In this document: positions 8,977 through 19,156 of the stretch, one piece after another
Position numbering within the stretch: the stretch's first letter is position 1
How the letters are laid out: every line of letters begins with the position of its first letter
DNA from: an uncultured delta proteobacterium
GTDB taxonomy: Bacteria; Desulfobacterota; Syntrophobacteria; BM002
Direction of reading: 5' to 3'
Assembly: GCA_963712115.1 (NCBI GenBank)
Contig: CAVQGX010000032.1
Location: forward strand, 32,001 to 96,000
DNA length: 64,000 bases
The notes under the pieces: model-generated
Databases searched by the model: none
What the model was told of the DNA's origin: nothing
Seen by the model: only the letters and a program-made list of their open reading frames with translations
Program-made: the position numbers and the translations under genes

Positions 8977-10401
8977 TCAGGTTCGGACGTAGGTTTCAGG
9001 GAGTGCAACCCTAATGCTTGCTGAATCCTTTAACTGCCTCTGTCGGCTGTCCACCGACAACCTGAGCCACCGTTGGTTGTTTGCCATGAAGCCTAATCGA
9101 CTCTGCTCGGTTTCCAACAAGCTTCGGATGATTTCCAGGTTCCGAGCCACAGCCCCCCGGTGAGCCTCGAAGGCCCCCTGCGCTCTTTTACCCTGCTCCT
9201 TGCATTTTGCTGGAGCAACCAGCCAACTTTTTATCATCCCATACAATTCAGCCTCAGTTGAAACTTTAAAGCCCCCGCCACTTTCAGTGAGGATTGCGGC
9301 AATTTCTTTGAAATTCTCCATATGGGGACCAAAAACAACTGGTAGACCTCTCTGGGCAGCTTCCAGAGGATTGTGCCCCCCAAAATCCACTAAAGTACCT
9401 CCTACAAAGGCAAAATTGCCCAAACTGTAAAAGCGGGACAGCTCACCAATGGTATCGAGAACGAGCACATCTAGTTGCACACCCTCACTATTTTCTCCGA
9501 GTAGTTGGCTTCGACGTGCAGTCTGCCAGCCCCTCTGCTTTACCAGGTTAAAAACCTCACTGAACCGTTGTTGACTTCTTGGTGCCAGTATGAGACTCAG
9601 ATTGGGAAATTCCTCTCTCAACCTGGTGTAGACCGCGAGTACAATATCTTCTTCCCCGGGATGTGTACTGCCTGCAATCCAAGTGGCTGATGGGGGTATC
9701 CATCCCAGTTTTTTGATGAGTTGGTCCCTCTCACTTCCAACCGATTTAGTCAAGGCCTGGTCAAACTTCATGTTTCCAGTGATATTTACTTTGGAAGCCT
9801 CCACACCCAGCATCCTCATCCGTCTTCCATCTTCCTCGCTCTGCATGCAGAGAACATCAATATGATTAAATACTTCAGAGACAAATCGCCGTCCTAGCCG
9901 ATAACGGGGAAAGGATCGATCCGAGACTTTGCCGTTGACCAGAACGATGGGAGTGCCTTTACTCGCTAGACACCAGAGGAGGTTCGGCCACAGATCTGTC
10001 TCAACCAGAACAAATAGACTTGCCCCAATGTTCTTTACCGCCCTTCGCACAATCCACCATAGGTCCAGCGGCAGGTAGTAGAAGCGACAATTCAGCGAGG
10101 CCAGTCTCCGCCGAGCAACCTGTTGTCCAGTTTCGCTGGTGGTGGTAAAAAACAGTTCATATTCAGGAAACTGCTCTCTCAGGCTATGGAGCAGGGAAAC
10201 CGCGGAAAGCACCTCGCCCACGGAAAGGGCATGAACCCAGATCACCCTCCGATTTATCGTCTTCACCCGATCCCTGAGACCTAAACCCAGACGTGGACCA
10301 AGGTTCTTGCGGTATTTTCCGGTCAATAGGCTTCGGAGAGTAAAATAGCTAAGAACACCTGGGAAGGCCAACAGCCACAGTCCGTTATAGAGCCAAAACA
10401 T
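8977..10401 (-). CDS. waaA: 3-deoxy-D-manno-octulosonic acid (Kdo) transferase
   Basis: IWVHALSVGE, ETDLWPN, AGSTHPGEE and GGHNPLEAA motifs. Confidence 0.95.
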   Translation of the reverse strand: MFWLYNGLWLLAFPGVLSYFTLRSLLTGKYRKNLGPRLGLGLRDRVKTINRRVIWVHALSVGEVLSAVSLLHSLREQFPEYELFFTTTSETGQQVARRRLASLNCRFYYLPLDLWWIVRRAVKNIGASLFVLVETDLWPNLLWCLASKGTPIVLVNGKVSDRSFPRYRLGRRFVSEVFNHIDVLCMQSEEDGRRMRMLGVEASKVNITGNMKFDQALTKSVGSERDQLIKKLGWIPPSATWIAGSTHPGEEDIVLAVYTRLREEFPNLSLILAPRSQQRFSEVFNLVKQRGWQTARRSQLLGENSEGVQLDVLVLDTIGELSRFYSLGNFAFVGGTLVDFGGHNPLEAAQRGLPVVFGPHMENFKEIAAILTESGGGFKVSTEAELYGMIKSWLVAPAKCKEQGKRAQGAFEAHRGAVARNLEIIRSLLETEQSRLGFMANNQRWLRLSVDSRQRQLKDSASIRVALPETYVRT

Positions 10402-10481
10402 GTGGGAGATCCGAGGATAGTTGTAGGTTGTCCATCGCCGCCTTCACAACGCAGCGGCCGATTATTTCAATCTGAACATAA

Positions 10482-10701
10482 AACCACAGAGGGCATAGGG
10501 TAGCGCAGCTACCACCAATTTCGAAATCCTAAATCCTAAGCACGAAACAAATCCGAATTTCAAATTCTCCAATGTTCAAAACAAAATTGAATAAATCTAT
10601 AATTTCGAAGTCTTGGTAATTTGGATTTTGAAAATTTGAATTTGTTTAGAATTTCGATATTTGGATTTCGGATTTGTTCTCTTCTGTGCACTCTATGGTT
10701 A
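10482..10701. repeat. Nested palindromic element: AACCACAGAG arms enclosing a GGTAGCGCAGCTACC hairpin and an AAATCC/GAAAT heptamer inverted module
   Basis: Outer arms at 10482 and 10681-10701; inner arms about 10517-10580 and 10620-10676. Confidence 0.75.
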
Positions 10702-12474
10702 CTCTCCCTCGTGACCTCGCGCCACTTTAGCGGTTTTGAGCGTAGAATTATTGTCGACTTGGGCGAACTGCATATCATATAGGCGGCAGTACTCCCCATG
10801 GCACTCTAATAACTCATCGTGCCGTCCCTCTTCCACAATACGACCATTAGAGATAACTACTATGCGGTCCGCGTTCTTGATGGTGGAAAGTCTATGGGCG
10901 ATAACCAGAGTTGTTCTTCCCGCCATAAGGTTCTCCAAGGCCCTCTGCACTTCCATTTCCGCTTCGCTGTCCAATGATGAGGTGGCCTCGTCTAGAATAA
11001 GGATGGGCGCGTTCTTGAGCAGGGCCCTGGCAATGCATAGTCGCTGCCGCTCTCCCCCTGAGAGCCGCGCCCCTTGCTCACCGATTATTGTGTCGAAACC
11101 CTGGTCCATTTTCATAATGAAATCATAGGAGTTTGCCGCCTTGGCAGCAGCGATTATTTCCTCGTCGCTCTTATTGATATCACCATAGGCAATATTGTTG
11201 CGCACAGTGTCATTGAACAGAATGGTCTGCTGGGTTACTATGCCTATCTGGTCCCGAAGCGAATCTATGGTCACATCGCGTATATCTATACCATCGATCA
11301 AGATGGCTCCATCGTAAACCTCATAGAAACGGGGAATTAAATCCACCAGCGTGCTTTTGCCTGCCCCGCTCACCCCCACTATTGCCACAACCTCACCGGC
11401 AGAAACCTTTAGGTTAATGTCCTTAAGCACCGGCTGGTTATCGTAACGAAATTGGACATTTCTGAGCTCTAGCTCCCGTCGCATAGCTGGGAGCTGGATG
11501 GCATCCGGTTTATCTTGAATTCCCGGTGGGGTATCCAGAATATCATAGATCCTTGTCGCCGCCGCAATTCCCTCCTGAACTACGTTATTTATCCTGCTCA
11601 ATCGTTTTATCGGTTCGTACAGCAAAAGCAAGGCCCCCAAAAATGAAAAAAACTCTCCAGGCGTGGATACCCCTTGGATGACCCTATAACCCCCGTACAG
11701 AATGACAAAGACGATAGCGATACCGCCAAGAAACTCCATCAAAGGTGAAGAGAGGGCCCGTAGCATTACTGATTTCATTAGATAACGAAAGTATCTTATG
11801 TTTTGCTTGTTGAACCGCTCTTTTTCGTACTCTTCCATGCCAAATGCTTTGACAATGCGACTTCCGCTTATGGTCTCATGAAGAATTATTGAAATGTCGC
11901 CCATGGATTCCTGGCTCTTGGTGCTTATGCGGCGAAGCATCCTGCCAAATTTCACTACAGGAAAAAATGCAAATGGCAGGACCACCATGGCGATCAAGGA
12001 AAGTTGCCAATCCCTGGTGAACATGACCACCACTAGTCCTATCAAGGTTAGAGGATCTTTAAGCAACCCGGTAATTGCGTTGGAGACTGCTCCTTGAATC
12101 AAAGTTACGTCGTTTGTCACCCTCGACATCAAGAGCCCTGTGGGCATACGGTCGAAAAAGGAGAGAGGTAGTCTCTGGAGGTGGTCGTATAGCTGCTGCC
12201 GCAATTGGGCAACTATACGCTGTCCAACATAGCTCATCAGATAGGTATTCCCCCACTCGGTCAGCGCTTTGATGGAGAAGACCAGAAAGACGACGACGGA
12301 CAGAAACTTAAGCATCTCTGCTCTTTTTTGAATAAATATGTCGTCTAGAACCGGCTGAACCAAATAGGGCAAGGCTGCAGTACAGAGAGCCACTCCCACC
12401 ATGCACACCATGGCAATTGCCAGACGTTGCCAGTATGGTTTGACCAACTCCAGTAATCGTCGATAGAGATTCAT
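10699..12474 (-). CDS. msbA: Lipid A export ABC transporter
   Basis: Six-TM domain plus GVSGAGKST, LSGGERQR and ILDEATSSLD; lies downstream of lpxB. Confidence 0.93.
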   Translation of the reverse strand: MNLYRRLLELVKPYWQRLAIAMVCMVGVALCTAALPYLVQPVLDDIFIQKRAEMLKFLSVVVFLVFSIKALTEWGNTYLMSYVGQRIVAQLRQQLYDHLQRLPLSFFDRMPTGLLMSRVTNDVTLIQGAVSNAITGLLKDPLTLIGLVVVMFTRDWQLSLIAMVVLPFAFFPVVKFGRMLRRISTKSQESMGDISIILHETISGSRIVKAFGMEEYEKERFNKQNIRYFRYLMKSVMLRALSSPLMEFLGGIAIVFVILYGGYRVIQGVSTPGEFFSFLGALLLLYEPIKRLSRINNVVQEGIAAATRIYDILDTPPGIQDKPDAIQLPAMRRELELRNVQFRYDNQPVLKDINLKVSAGEVVAIVGVSGAGKSTLVDLIPRFYEVYDGAILIDGIDIRDVTIDSLRDQIGIVTQQTILFNDTVRNNIAYGDINKSDEEIIAAAKAANSYDFIMKMDQGFDTIIGEQGARLSGGERQRLCIARALLKNAPILILDEATSSLDSEAEMEVQRALENLMAGRTTLVIAHRLSTIKNADRIVVISNGRIVEEGRHDELLECHGEYCRLYDMQFAQVDNNSTLKTAKVARGHEGE

Positions 12475-12481
12475 GGGATAA

Positions 12482-13624
12482 TTATCCCCTACCCATAAGC
12501 TCAAGGGCTATGGCTGCTGCTTTGTCAGAAGCGCCTGGAGTTCCCAACTCTTGGCGGACATCTTTTAGCCGCCTCTTTATCCACTCCTTGCGCCCGTGAT
12601 CATTGAAAATCTTCATAGCCTCTCGGGCAACACGTTCCGGGGTGACTTCGTGCTGGATCAACTCCGGGGCAACTGTCTCGCCTGCTATTATATTGGCGAG
12701 GGCAACATGATTGACTTTTACCAGTCTTTTCCCGAGCCAATAGGTCATAGGGTTCACTTTGTAAACCACCACTAGTGGAGTCCCGAGGATAGCCGCCTCC
12801 AAAGTAACCGTACCTGAGGCGGCAACGATCATTTCGCATGCCCGAATAACTTCATGGGTACTGTCCTTAACCACCGTCAAAGGAAGGTTTCTGCCTTTCA
12901 AGTAAGGATTGACCTGTTCCCTGCTAATGGTAGGGGCCAAGGGCACAAGAAAGTGAACTTTGGGGATCATATCGACGAGAATGGCAGCCATATCAAGCAT
13001 TACTGGTAGCAGCCTTGATACCTCGCTACTCCTACTCCCCGGAAGGAGCCCAATCAACTGACGTGACCCGTTCTTGCCATATCGCCGGCAGAGTGATCCC
13101 TCTTCATTTTCCAATGCAATGAGATCTAGCAGCGGATGGCCTACAAAGGAGACTTTCACTCCCGCCTCTTGATACAGCTTTTCCTCGAAGGGGAGAATCA
13201 CCACCATTCTATCCACTCGACTACGAATGGTATTGATCCTTCCCGATCGCCAAGCCCAAATCTGCGGGCTCACGTAGTACATGACCGGAATCCCATGTCT
13301 TTTGGCTCTACCTGCTACCATAAGATTAAACTCAGGATAATCGATCAAAATGATCAAGTCTGGCCGCCAGTGGGTCAGGCTGGCCGAGACCTCCCGGAAG
13401 GCCTCGAAAATGGTGAGAAGCCTCTTCGCTCCGGGCAAACCAACCACGGCCATCTCCTCGGCATGACGGAGGAGTCTCACGCCCGCTTCTTTCATGTGTG
13501 AGCCTCCCACCCCCAGGAAATAGATAGAGGGATCTACGGTGCGGATGGCCTTTACCAGATTGCCGCCGTATAGATCCCCCGAGGCTTCCCCAGCTATGAT
13601 TAATACCCTCTTGTTAGTAGCCAC
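12482..13624 (-). CDS. lpxB: Lipid-A-disaccharide synthase
   Basis: IAGEASGDLYG, IDYPEFN, YVSPQIWAWR and LLPGSR motifs. Confidence 0.96.
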   Translation of the reverse strand: MATNKRVLIIAGEASGDLYGGNLVKAIRTVDPSIYFLGVGGSHMKEAGVRLLRHAEEMAVVGLPGAKRLLTIFEAFREVSASLTHWRPDLIILIDYPEFNLMVAGRAKRHGIPVMYYVSPQIWAWRSGRINTIRSRVDRMVVILPFEEKLYQEAGVKVSFVGHPLLDLIALENEEGSLCRRYGKNGSRQLIGLLPGSRSSEVSRLLPVMLDMAAILVDMIPKVHFLVPLAPTISREQVNPYLKGRNLPLTVVKDSTHEVIRACEMIVAASGTVTLEAAILGTPLVVVYKVNPMTYWLGKRLVKVNHVALANIIAGETVAPELIQHEVTPERVAREAMKIFNDHGRKEWIKRRLKDVRQELGTPGASDKAAAIALELMGRG

Positions 13625-13680
13625 CCTTGGCCCTGTTTTTCGACAAAAGAGGCCATTGCCCTTTTGCCTAAAAGCGACCT

Positions 13681-13764
13681 ACCACAAAGAGCACAAAGAA
13701 CACAAAGGAGATAAAGCAATGCAAAACTTAGTCTTATTTGTGGACTTTGTGTCCTTGGTGGTTA
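13681..13764. repeat. 9-mer (CACAAAG) palindromic intergenic element
   Basis: ACCACAAAGAGCACAAAGAACACAAAG ... TTTGTGGACTTTGTGTCCTTGGTGGT inverted arms. Confidence 0.8.
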
Positions 13765-13810
13765 AATTCCCCTCTACAATCAAACAGTCTCCCTTTTGGG
13801 GTCATGGATT

Positions 13811-15703
13811 TTAGCGCAAGCCTAAGGCAACTCCTAAGCTTTCCATCTGTTCCTTGATCAATTCACTTACTTGCGTAGCAACCTCAAGGGCCTTACGCCC
13901 CTCCTCTCCACTCACCATCGGTCTCTTACCGGTACGCACGGACTCCGAGAAGGCTCGGAGTTGTTCCTCCAAAGGATCAACATCAGCTACAGGCAGCTGC
14001 TTATATTCGATTTCCGGAAACCCATCTGCGCCTCGCTCAGTCAATTTACGAAACAATTCCACTTCCCTCTCAGCATAGTCTAGAGACAGGTAGCTATCCG
14101 GCTGGAATATTCTAATTTTCCTCATTTTTCTTGCAGAAATTCGGCTGGCTGTGACATTGGCTATGCAGCCATTGGCAAACTCCAATCTTACTGTGGCAAT
14201 ATCAGTATGAGGAGTGAGAACCTTAGCTCCTCCAACCCTTATATCTTCCAATGGGAAAGGTACCAAGCTCAGGATGATATCAATATCATGAATCATAAGA
14301 TCTAGAATCACATCTACCTCAGTACCCCGTTCATTGAAGGATCCCAGTCGATGAGATTCCACAAAAAGTGGCTGGTGCACGTATTCTCTTGCAGCCACCA
14401 CTGCTGGATTGAATCTCTCCAGATGTCCCACCTGAAGCACAAGGCCCTTCGTCTTTGCCAGTTGAATTAGGGAATCCGCCTCTTCCAAAGTAGCTGTCAT
14501 GGGTTTTTCCACCAGAACGTGGATGCCAGCCTCTAAAAGATCTCGGGTGATGCGATAGTGATCCTGGGTGGGAACTACCACACTAGCGGCTTCAACCTCC
14601 CCAATAATATCCCTGTGCGAAGAGCAGGCTTTACAAGATAGATCCTCAGCCATCCGGCGGGCTTTACTGGGTTCCAAATCAACTACGGCCACCAGATTGG
14701 TCTCTGCAATGGCGGCATATTTCTCCGCATGAAATTGACCCAAATACCCCACACCGACCACTGCTACCCGCGGAGCTGAGTGGTTGAATGTTACCCGATG
14801 CTTCAGGGGTAGTGGTGTTCCATACATTTCGTCGTCAGCCAGTTGCAAGCTATTCTGCTCCTTAGTGAAGCCGGATAAGGCCGAGGCTGCCTCCCAGCCT
14901 TCTGACATGGAGAGGATGGCAATCCTGGCATCGTCGGCGGCCTGGATCATCTTCTCCCTGTCAAACATCAGAGTCTTCCCTGCCTCCACAACCAATACCG
15001 AAGCGCCCACCTCTTTCATGGTCTCAATGGTCTGGAGTCCAACAGCCGGGACATCGAAGCGCAGGTCTTGGTGAGGCTTGCACACCTTCACCACTACCAC
15101 TTCACTTTTGCCCAACTGGCCACCGCGACGGATGGCCTCATCAGTGCCCTCAATAGCCTCCACTGCCAGGACCGCCTGATCCCTAACCAAAATACATTGT
15201 CCAATATCCAATTTTCCGATCTTTTTAGCGAGGTTCCAGCCGAACGCAACGTCTCTTTTCTCCCTGGAATTTGGCTTTCGTCGGCTAAGAATCCCTCGGG
15301 GGGCCAGCAGCTCTGGTAAGAAGATGGTCGACGGCCTTACTCTGATGCCATGCCTTTCCAACTCTTCGGTAAAAGCCCTGAGGATTGCATCATCTTTTTT
15401 GTGTAGCATCCGGGCGAGCAATCGTACAGCCTTCCAGTCCGGTCTGATTTTGCTGTAAAGCTTAGTTTTGGCCACAGTGCCGGCCATAGCCACTTCAGAG
15501 ATTTGGGCTTTTTCAAAGATCTCTATCATCCGGCCCAACTTCCCCAGGCTGACCCAGGCGCACACATCTACTTCTGGTTCCAATTGCTTGTCGGTCTCAC
15601 CTTCTAGGGCCACTGCCACTACTTCAACTCCATTTTTGCGTGCAGCTCGCGCAAAAAGAATAGGAAACTGACCCCCCCCTGCAATTAGACCTATCTTTTT
15701 CAT
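13811..15703 (-). CDS. lpxI: Fusion of UDP-2,3-diacylglucosamine hydrolase LpxI and a Gfo/Idh/MocA oxidoreductase (GnnA-like)
   Basis: aa 1-265: IGLIAGGGQFP, LDIGQC, AVEAIEGTD, KPHQDLRFDVPAVG (LpxI). aa ~310-630: VGVGYLG, VEKP, VGHLERFNPA, DLMIHDID. Confidence 0.9.
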   Translation of the reverse strand: MKKIGLIAGGGQFPILFARAARKNGVEVVAVALEGETDKQLEPEVDVCAWVSLGKLGRMIEIFEKAQISEVAMAGTVAKTKLYSKIRPDWKAVRLLARMLHKKDDAILRAFTEELERHGIRVRPSTIFLPELLAPRGILSRRKPNSREKRDVAFGWNLAKKIGKLDIGQCILVRDQAVLAVEAIEGTDEAIRRGGQLGKSEVVVVKVCKPHQDLRFDVPAVGLQTIETMKEVGASVLVVEAGKTLMFDREKMIQAADDARIAILSMSEGWEAASALSGFTKEQNSLQLADDEMYGTPLPLKHRVTFNHSAPRVAVVGVGYLGQFHAEKYAAIAETNLVAVVDLEPSKARRMAEDLSCKACSSHRDIIGEVEAASVVVPTQDHYRITRDLLEAGIHVLVEKPMTATLEEADSLIQLAKTKGLVLQVGHLERFNPAVVAAREYVHQPLFVESHRLGSFNERGTEVDVILDLMIHDIDIILSLVPFPLEDIRVGGAKVLTPHTDIATVRLEFANGCIANVTASRISARKMRKIRIFQPDSYLSLDYAEREVELFRKLTERGADGFPEIEYKQLPVADVDPLEEQLRAFSESVRTGKRPMVSGEEGRKALEVATQVSELIKEQMESLGVALGLR

Positions 15704-15770
15704 GGCTTGATTGGCACTTTTTCTCGAGGCGATTTCGCCACCTTTTGCCCAACTTTCAAGGAAAAGAATG

Positions 15771-15870
15771 AAATTTCGGCTTAGAGATCTCGGATTCTTA
15801 GAATTCTATGACTATTCGTTTCAGGCTATTCAATCTCAAATCCGAAATCCGCAATCCGAAATTCGAAATC
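15771..15870. repeat. Heptamer (AAATCCG) palindromic element
   Basis: AAATCCGAAATCCGCAATCCGAAATTCGAAATC at about 15838-15870 with a degenerate inverted arm upstream. Confidence 0.7.
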
Positions 15871-15872
15871 TG

Positions 15873-16682
15873 TCAACGGGTGATCCCCCGCTGTGATCCA
15901 CGAATAAAATCCACCAATGTCTTCACTTCCTCCACATCTCCGAACTGACTCTCAGCGACCTCCAGTGCCTCTGCGAGCGTCCTTTCGGTGAGAAATAAAA
16001 TACGATAGCATTGCTTTAAAATCTTCAGTACCGTAGGAGGGAAGTTCTTGCGCTTTAGACCAACGGTATTGAGTCCGTAAAGCTTAGCTCGATGGCCAGA
16101 AACAAGCATAAAAGGTGGAATATCCTTGGTTACTCCGGTCTTGCCACCAATGTAGGCGTGGGTTCCAATGCGGACGAACTGGTGTACGGCACAAAGTCCC
16201 CCGAGTGTTGCATGGTTATCTACAGTCACGTGTCCAGCCAAGGTGGCCGCATTGGCCATTATTATATTGCTTCCTATGATACTGTCGTGCGCCACATGAC
16301 TGTATGCCATGAAAAGGTTGTTATCCCCTACGCGGGTTACTTCATCCCCGCCAACGCTGGCTCGGTTGATAGTAACAAACTCTCTAATAACGTTGTTGTT
16401 TCCTATTATTGTCTCTGTACGCCTACCATCAAATTTTAGGTCCTGGGGTGGCGTCCCCACTGAAGCATAGGAATATATCTCACAACCTTCGCCAATGGTT
16501 GTATAGGGCGCAATATGGGCATGGGCGTGAAGTCGGCAGCCTCTACCAATTATCACCTCATCATCAATCACGGCGTATGGACCGACAACCACATCTGCTG
16601 AAAGTTCAGCACCAGGATGAATTACTGCGGTGGGATGAATCTGCCCTGAGCTTCCCTCAGCTGTCATCTGCAGGTGTCTCAT
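15873..16682 (-). CDS. lpxA: Acyl-ACP--UDP-N-acetylglucosamine O-acyltransferase
   Basis: IHPTAVI hexapeptide repeats, PQDLKF, HVAHD and GLNTVGLKR. Confidence 0.96.
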   Translation of the reverse strand: MRHLQMTAEGSSGQIHPTAVIHPGAELSADVVVGPYAVIDDEVIIGRGCRLHAHAHIAPYTTIGEGCEIYSYASVGTPPQDLKFDGRRTETIIGNNNVIREFVTINRASVGGDEVTRVGDNNLFMAYSHVAHDSIIGSNIIMANAATLAGHVTVDNHATLGGLCAVHQFVRIGTHAYIGGKTGVTKDIPPFMLVSGHRAKLYGLNTVGLKRKNFPPTVLKILKQCYRILFLTERTLAEALEVAESQFGDVEEVKTLVDFIRGSQRGITR

Positions 16683-17118
16683 TTCTCCCTCTTTCAATAG
16701 CGGCCATCAGCTCAGCCTCTGCAACCAGGGTGTCTTCCACGTAAGCCTCTCCCCGCATTTTGAAGACCCTTTGTTTCTGACGGATGGTGGTGAGCTTAAG
16801 CCGCAGCTGGTCACCAGGGACAACCGGCTTGCGAAATCTTACCTTGTCAATGCCCATAAAGTAGACGAGGCTGCCAGCCCATTCTTTTGGGCTGGAGTGA
16901 AAGGCAAGTATGCCCCCCACTTGAGCCATGGCCTCAATAATGAGCACCCCTGGCATGATGGGATTGCCAGGAAAGTGGCCTGCAAAGAACGGTTCGTTTA
17001 TGCTGACATTCTTGATGCCTACAATTTCCTCCCCTTCTTTCAGGCTCTCGATCCGATCCACCAGCAAGAAAGGATAGCGGTGCGGCATGATCTGCATTAT
17101 TTCTCTGACATCTATCAT
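16657..17118 (-). CDS. fabZ: 3-hydroxyacyl-ACP dehydratase
   Basis: [11 protein letters not shown] and [22 protein letters not shown]. Confidence 0.97.
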   Translation of the reverse strand: MIDVREIMQIMPHRYPFLLVDRIESLKEGEEIVGIKNVSINEPFFAGHFPGNPIMPGVLIIEAMAQVGGILAFHSSPKEWAGSLVYFMGIDKVRFRKPVVPGDQLRLKLTTIRQKQRVFKMRGEAYVEDTLVAEAELMAAIERGRNETPADDS

Positions 17119-17135
17119 CACAGACACCCCTTCCA

Positions 17136-18185
17136 TTAAGAATCTATGGCCTGCTCTATTGCAGCCAACCTCTTCTCCAAGCTAATTATCTTCTTCCGAA
17201 GTTCAGGAAGACGGCTCAATATTTGGCAGTTTTTCAGCCAGACTCGATGAGAAATTGCAGGGCTGCCCGAAACGGCTTGCCCCGGGGGAATAGATTTGGC
17301 GATCCCCGATTGGGCGCCTACCCGAACGTTATCTCCTATCTCAAGATGTCCAGTTACTCCAACTTGTCCAGCCAATATGACATTCTTGCCAACCTTAGTG
17401 CTACCGGAAATCCCAACCTGGGCTATGATGATGCCATCTTCTCCCACAATTACGTTATGGGCAATCTGGACGAGGTTATCTATTTTTGCTCCCCGCTGAA
17501 TCCAGGTTTTGCCCATTGTGGCCCTGTCGATTGTACAATTGGCACCGATCTCCACATCATCATCAATTTGGACTATACCCACTTGGGGAATTTTGAAATA
17601 GCTGCTGCCGTCCTGGGCAAAGCCAAAACCGTCACTGCCCACCACGGCACCACTATGGATGGTCACCCGATTACCAATAATGCAACGATCAAGAATGGTA
17701 ACGTTTGGATATATGATTGAATCATGGCCGATGCAAACCTCTGAGCCCACATAAACACCCCCGTGCAAGTTAACCCTGTCCCCCAGCACTGCAGAGTCTC
17801 CCACGTAAACGTTGGGTTGGATCGACACGCTATCCCCCAGCTTAACTTCTGCCCCTATGTGAGCTTTGCTACTCACCCCCAATGGAGGACTAGGTTTAGG
17901 GGCAAAGAGTGTTAGTATCTTGGCGAAAGCAAGGTATGGATTATCGCTGATGATTACCGGTTTATTGATATCTCTCAGTTTGGGCGGGACAATGAGTGCA
18001 CCCGCCTTCGACTCATGTGCCTTTCGCACATATTTGGAACCCACCACAAAGGAAATCTCATTGATCTGGGCTTCCTCTAGACCTGCCACCCCGCTTACCC
18101 GGAGCTCAGAATCCCCCTGAAGCTCACCCCCCACCAGGCGGGCCAACTCCCCCAATGTTCTCTCTAAAATACCATCACTTGCCAT
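17136..18185 (-). CDS. lpxD: UDP-3-O-acyl-glucosamine N-acyltransferase
   Basis: NPYLAFA, GSDGFGF and KIDNLVQIAHN. Confidence 0.96.
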   Translation of the reverse strand: MASDGILERTLGELARLVGGELQGDSELRVSGVAGLEEAQINEISFVVGSKYVRKAHESKAGALIVPPKLRDINKPVIISDNPYLAFAKILTLFAPKPSPPLGVSSKAHIGAEVKLGDSVSIQPNVYVGDSAVLGDRVNLHGGVYVGSEVCIGHDSIIYPNVTILDRCIIGNRVTIHSGAVVGSDGFGFAQDGSSYFKIPQVGIVQIDDDVEIGANCTIDRATMGKTWIQRGAKIDNLVQIAHNVIVGEDGIIIAQVGISGSTKVGKNVILAGQVGVTGHLEIGDNVRVGAQSGIAKSIPPGQAVSGSPAISHRVWLKNCQILSRLPELRKKIISLEKRLAAIEQAIDS

Positions 18186-18227
18186 TATTCATTAGCCCTA
18201 TCCTATACCCCGCAGTTTGCCTGGCTG

Positions 18228-18457
18228 ATATTTCATGAATTGATGTCGCGATTCCCGGAGAGGAGGTGCTCCACCGTGCATCTGGCACCGCGGGATTGCT
18301 TTGGCAGCCTGGAATGCCTTTAATCTGCCTCGCGGCGGCCATGTTGCAAACCCATTAACCCCAGTCCAACTGATGCGAATATGCATCTTAGTCAGGAGCC
18401 CTTCCTGATCCAATCCAAACTCTTCTATCATGCTATCTAAGCAAATTCCGGAAGAAC
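18228..18457. repeat. Decayed relics of two repeat families
   Basis: 18228-18298 resembles the left half of 19157/48725 (ATTTCATGAATTGATGTCGCGA...ACCGCGGGATTG). 18410-18457 resembles the right end of 38122/47280 (ATCTAAGCAAATTCCGGA). Confidence 0.6.
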
Positions 18458-18499
18458 AAACTGTTTTGCTTCCTTGGATAGTAATTAACAAATAAATGA

Positions 18500-19039
18500 T
18501 TATTGATCAGTCTTCTCGCTAGCTGAAGCCGCATTCAGTTCCTGAATTATCTTGTCTGTGAGATTAAGAGAATCTGGAGCATACCAAATACCTGCACCCG
18601 GAATTTCGAAAATCATTGTGTAGCCCTCTTCTTTCCCAATCTTGGCCACAATTTCTAAAACTTTTGCCTGGAGGGGCGTCAGCAGTTCCCGCTCTCTCTT
18701 GCTCAGGGAGCGATTGGCTTGCTCAACATCCTGATCTAGCCTTTTCTCCATGGAGACGATCTCGAAGTATTTGGTCTTCTTCATCTCATCGCTCCATATT
18801 GGCTCTTTCTTTTTGAATTCCTCTTTCAGTTCCTTTATCTCCTGTCGCGTGGCCTCCAGCTTCTCGTAAATCGGTTTCATCTCGGCTTTGATTGTCGCCA
18901 GCCCTTCCTTCCCCACCTCGGAGCGATCAACAATAGCCTGCTTGTCGAAATAACCCAATTTGACAACCTCTGCCGCCCAAACCTGGGTGGTAAATGTCAG
19001 AAAAAGAAATACAGCCAAAAATGCTTTGCAAATCCTCAT
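18500..19039 (-). CDS. skp: OmpH/Skp periplasmic chaperone
   Basis: Signal peptide, KLGYFD, coiled coil, GKEEGYTMIF and NLTDKII; lies between bamA and lpxD. Confidence 0.88.
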   Translation of the reverse strand: MRICKAFLAVFLFLTFTTQVWAAEVVKLGYFDKQAIVDRSEVGKEGLATIKAEMKPIYEKLEATRQEIKELKEEFKKKEPIWSDEMKKTKYFEIVSMEKRLDQDVEQANRSLSKRERELLTPLQAKVLEIVAKIGKEEGYTMIFEIPGAGIWYAPDSLNLTDKIIQELNAASASEKTDQ

Positions 19040-19156
19040 GTCGATTCTCCTTAACCCTGATTGCCTCAACTTCATCTTCTTCTTTCAACATTTTAGCCCA
19101 CCTGAAAGCTCATAATATAGAAGCTTTTCGCTCTGCGCAATTGCGCTTTGCAAGGC

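Noticed and set aside
10560-10799. 79-aa ORF (IRNPNIEILNKFKFSK)
   Set aside because: Translation of the heptamer repeat module.
18198-18491. 97-aa ORF between skp and lpxD
   Set aside because: No recognisable motif and it overlaps repeat relics; probably non-coding.
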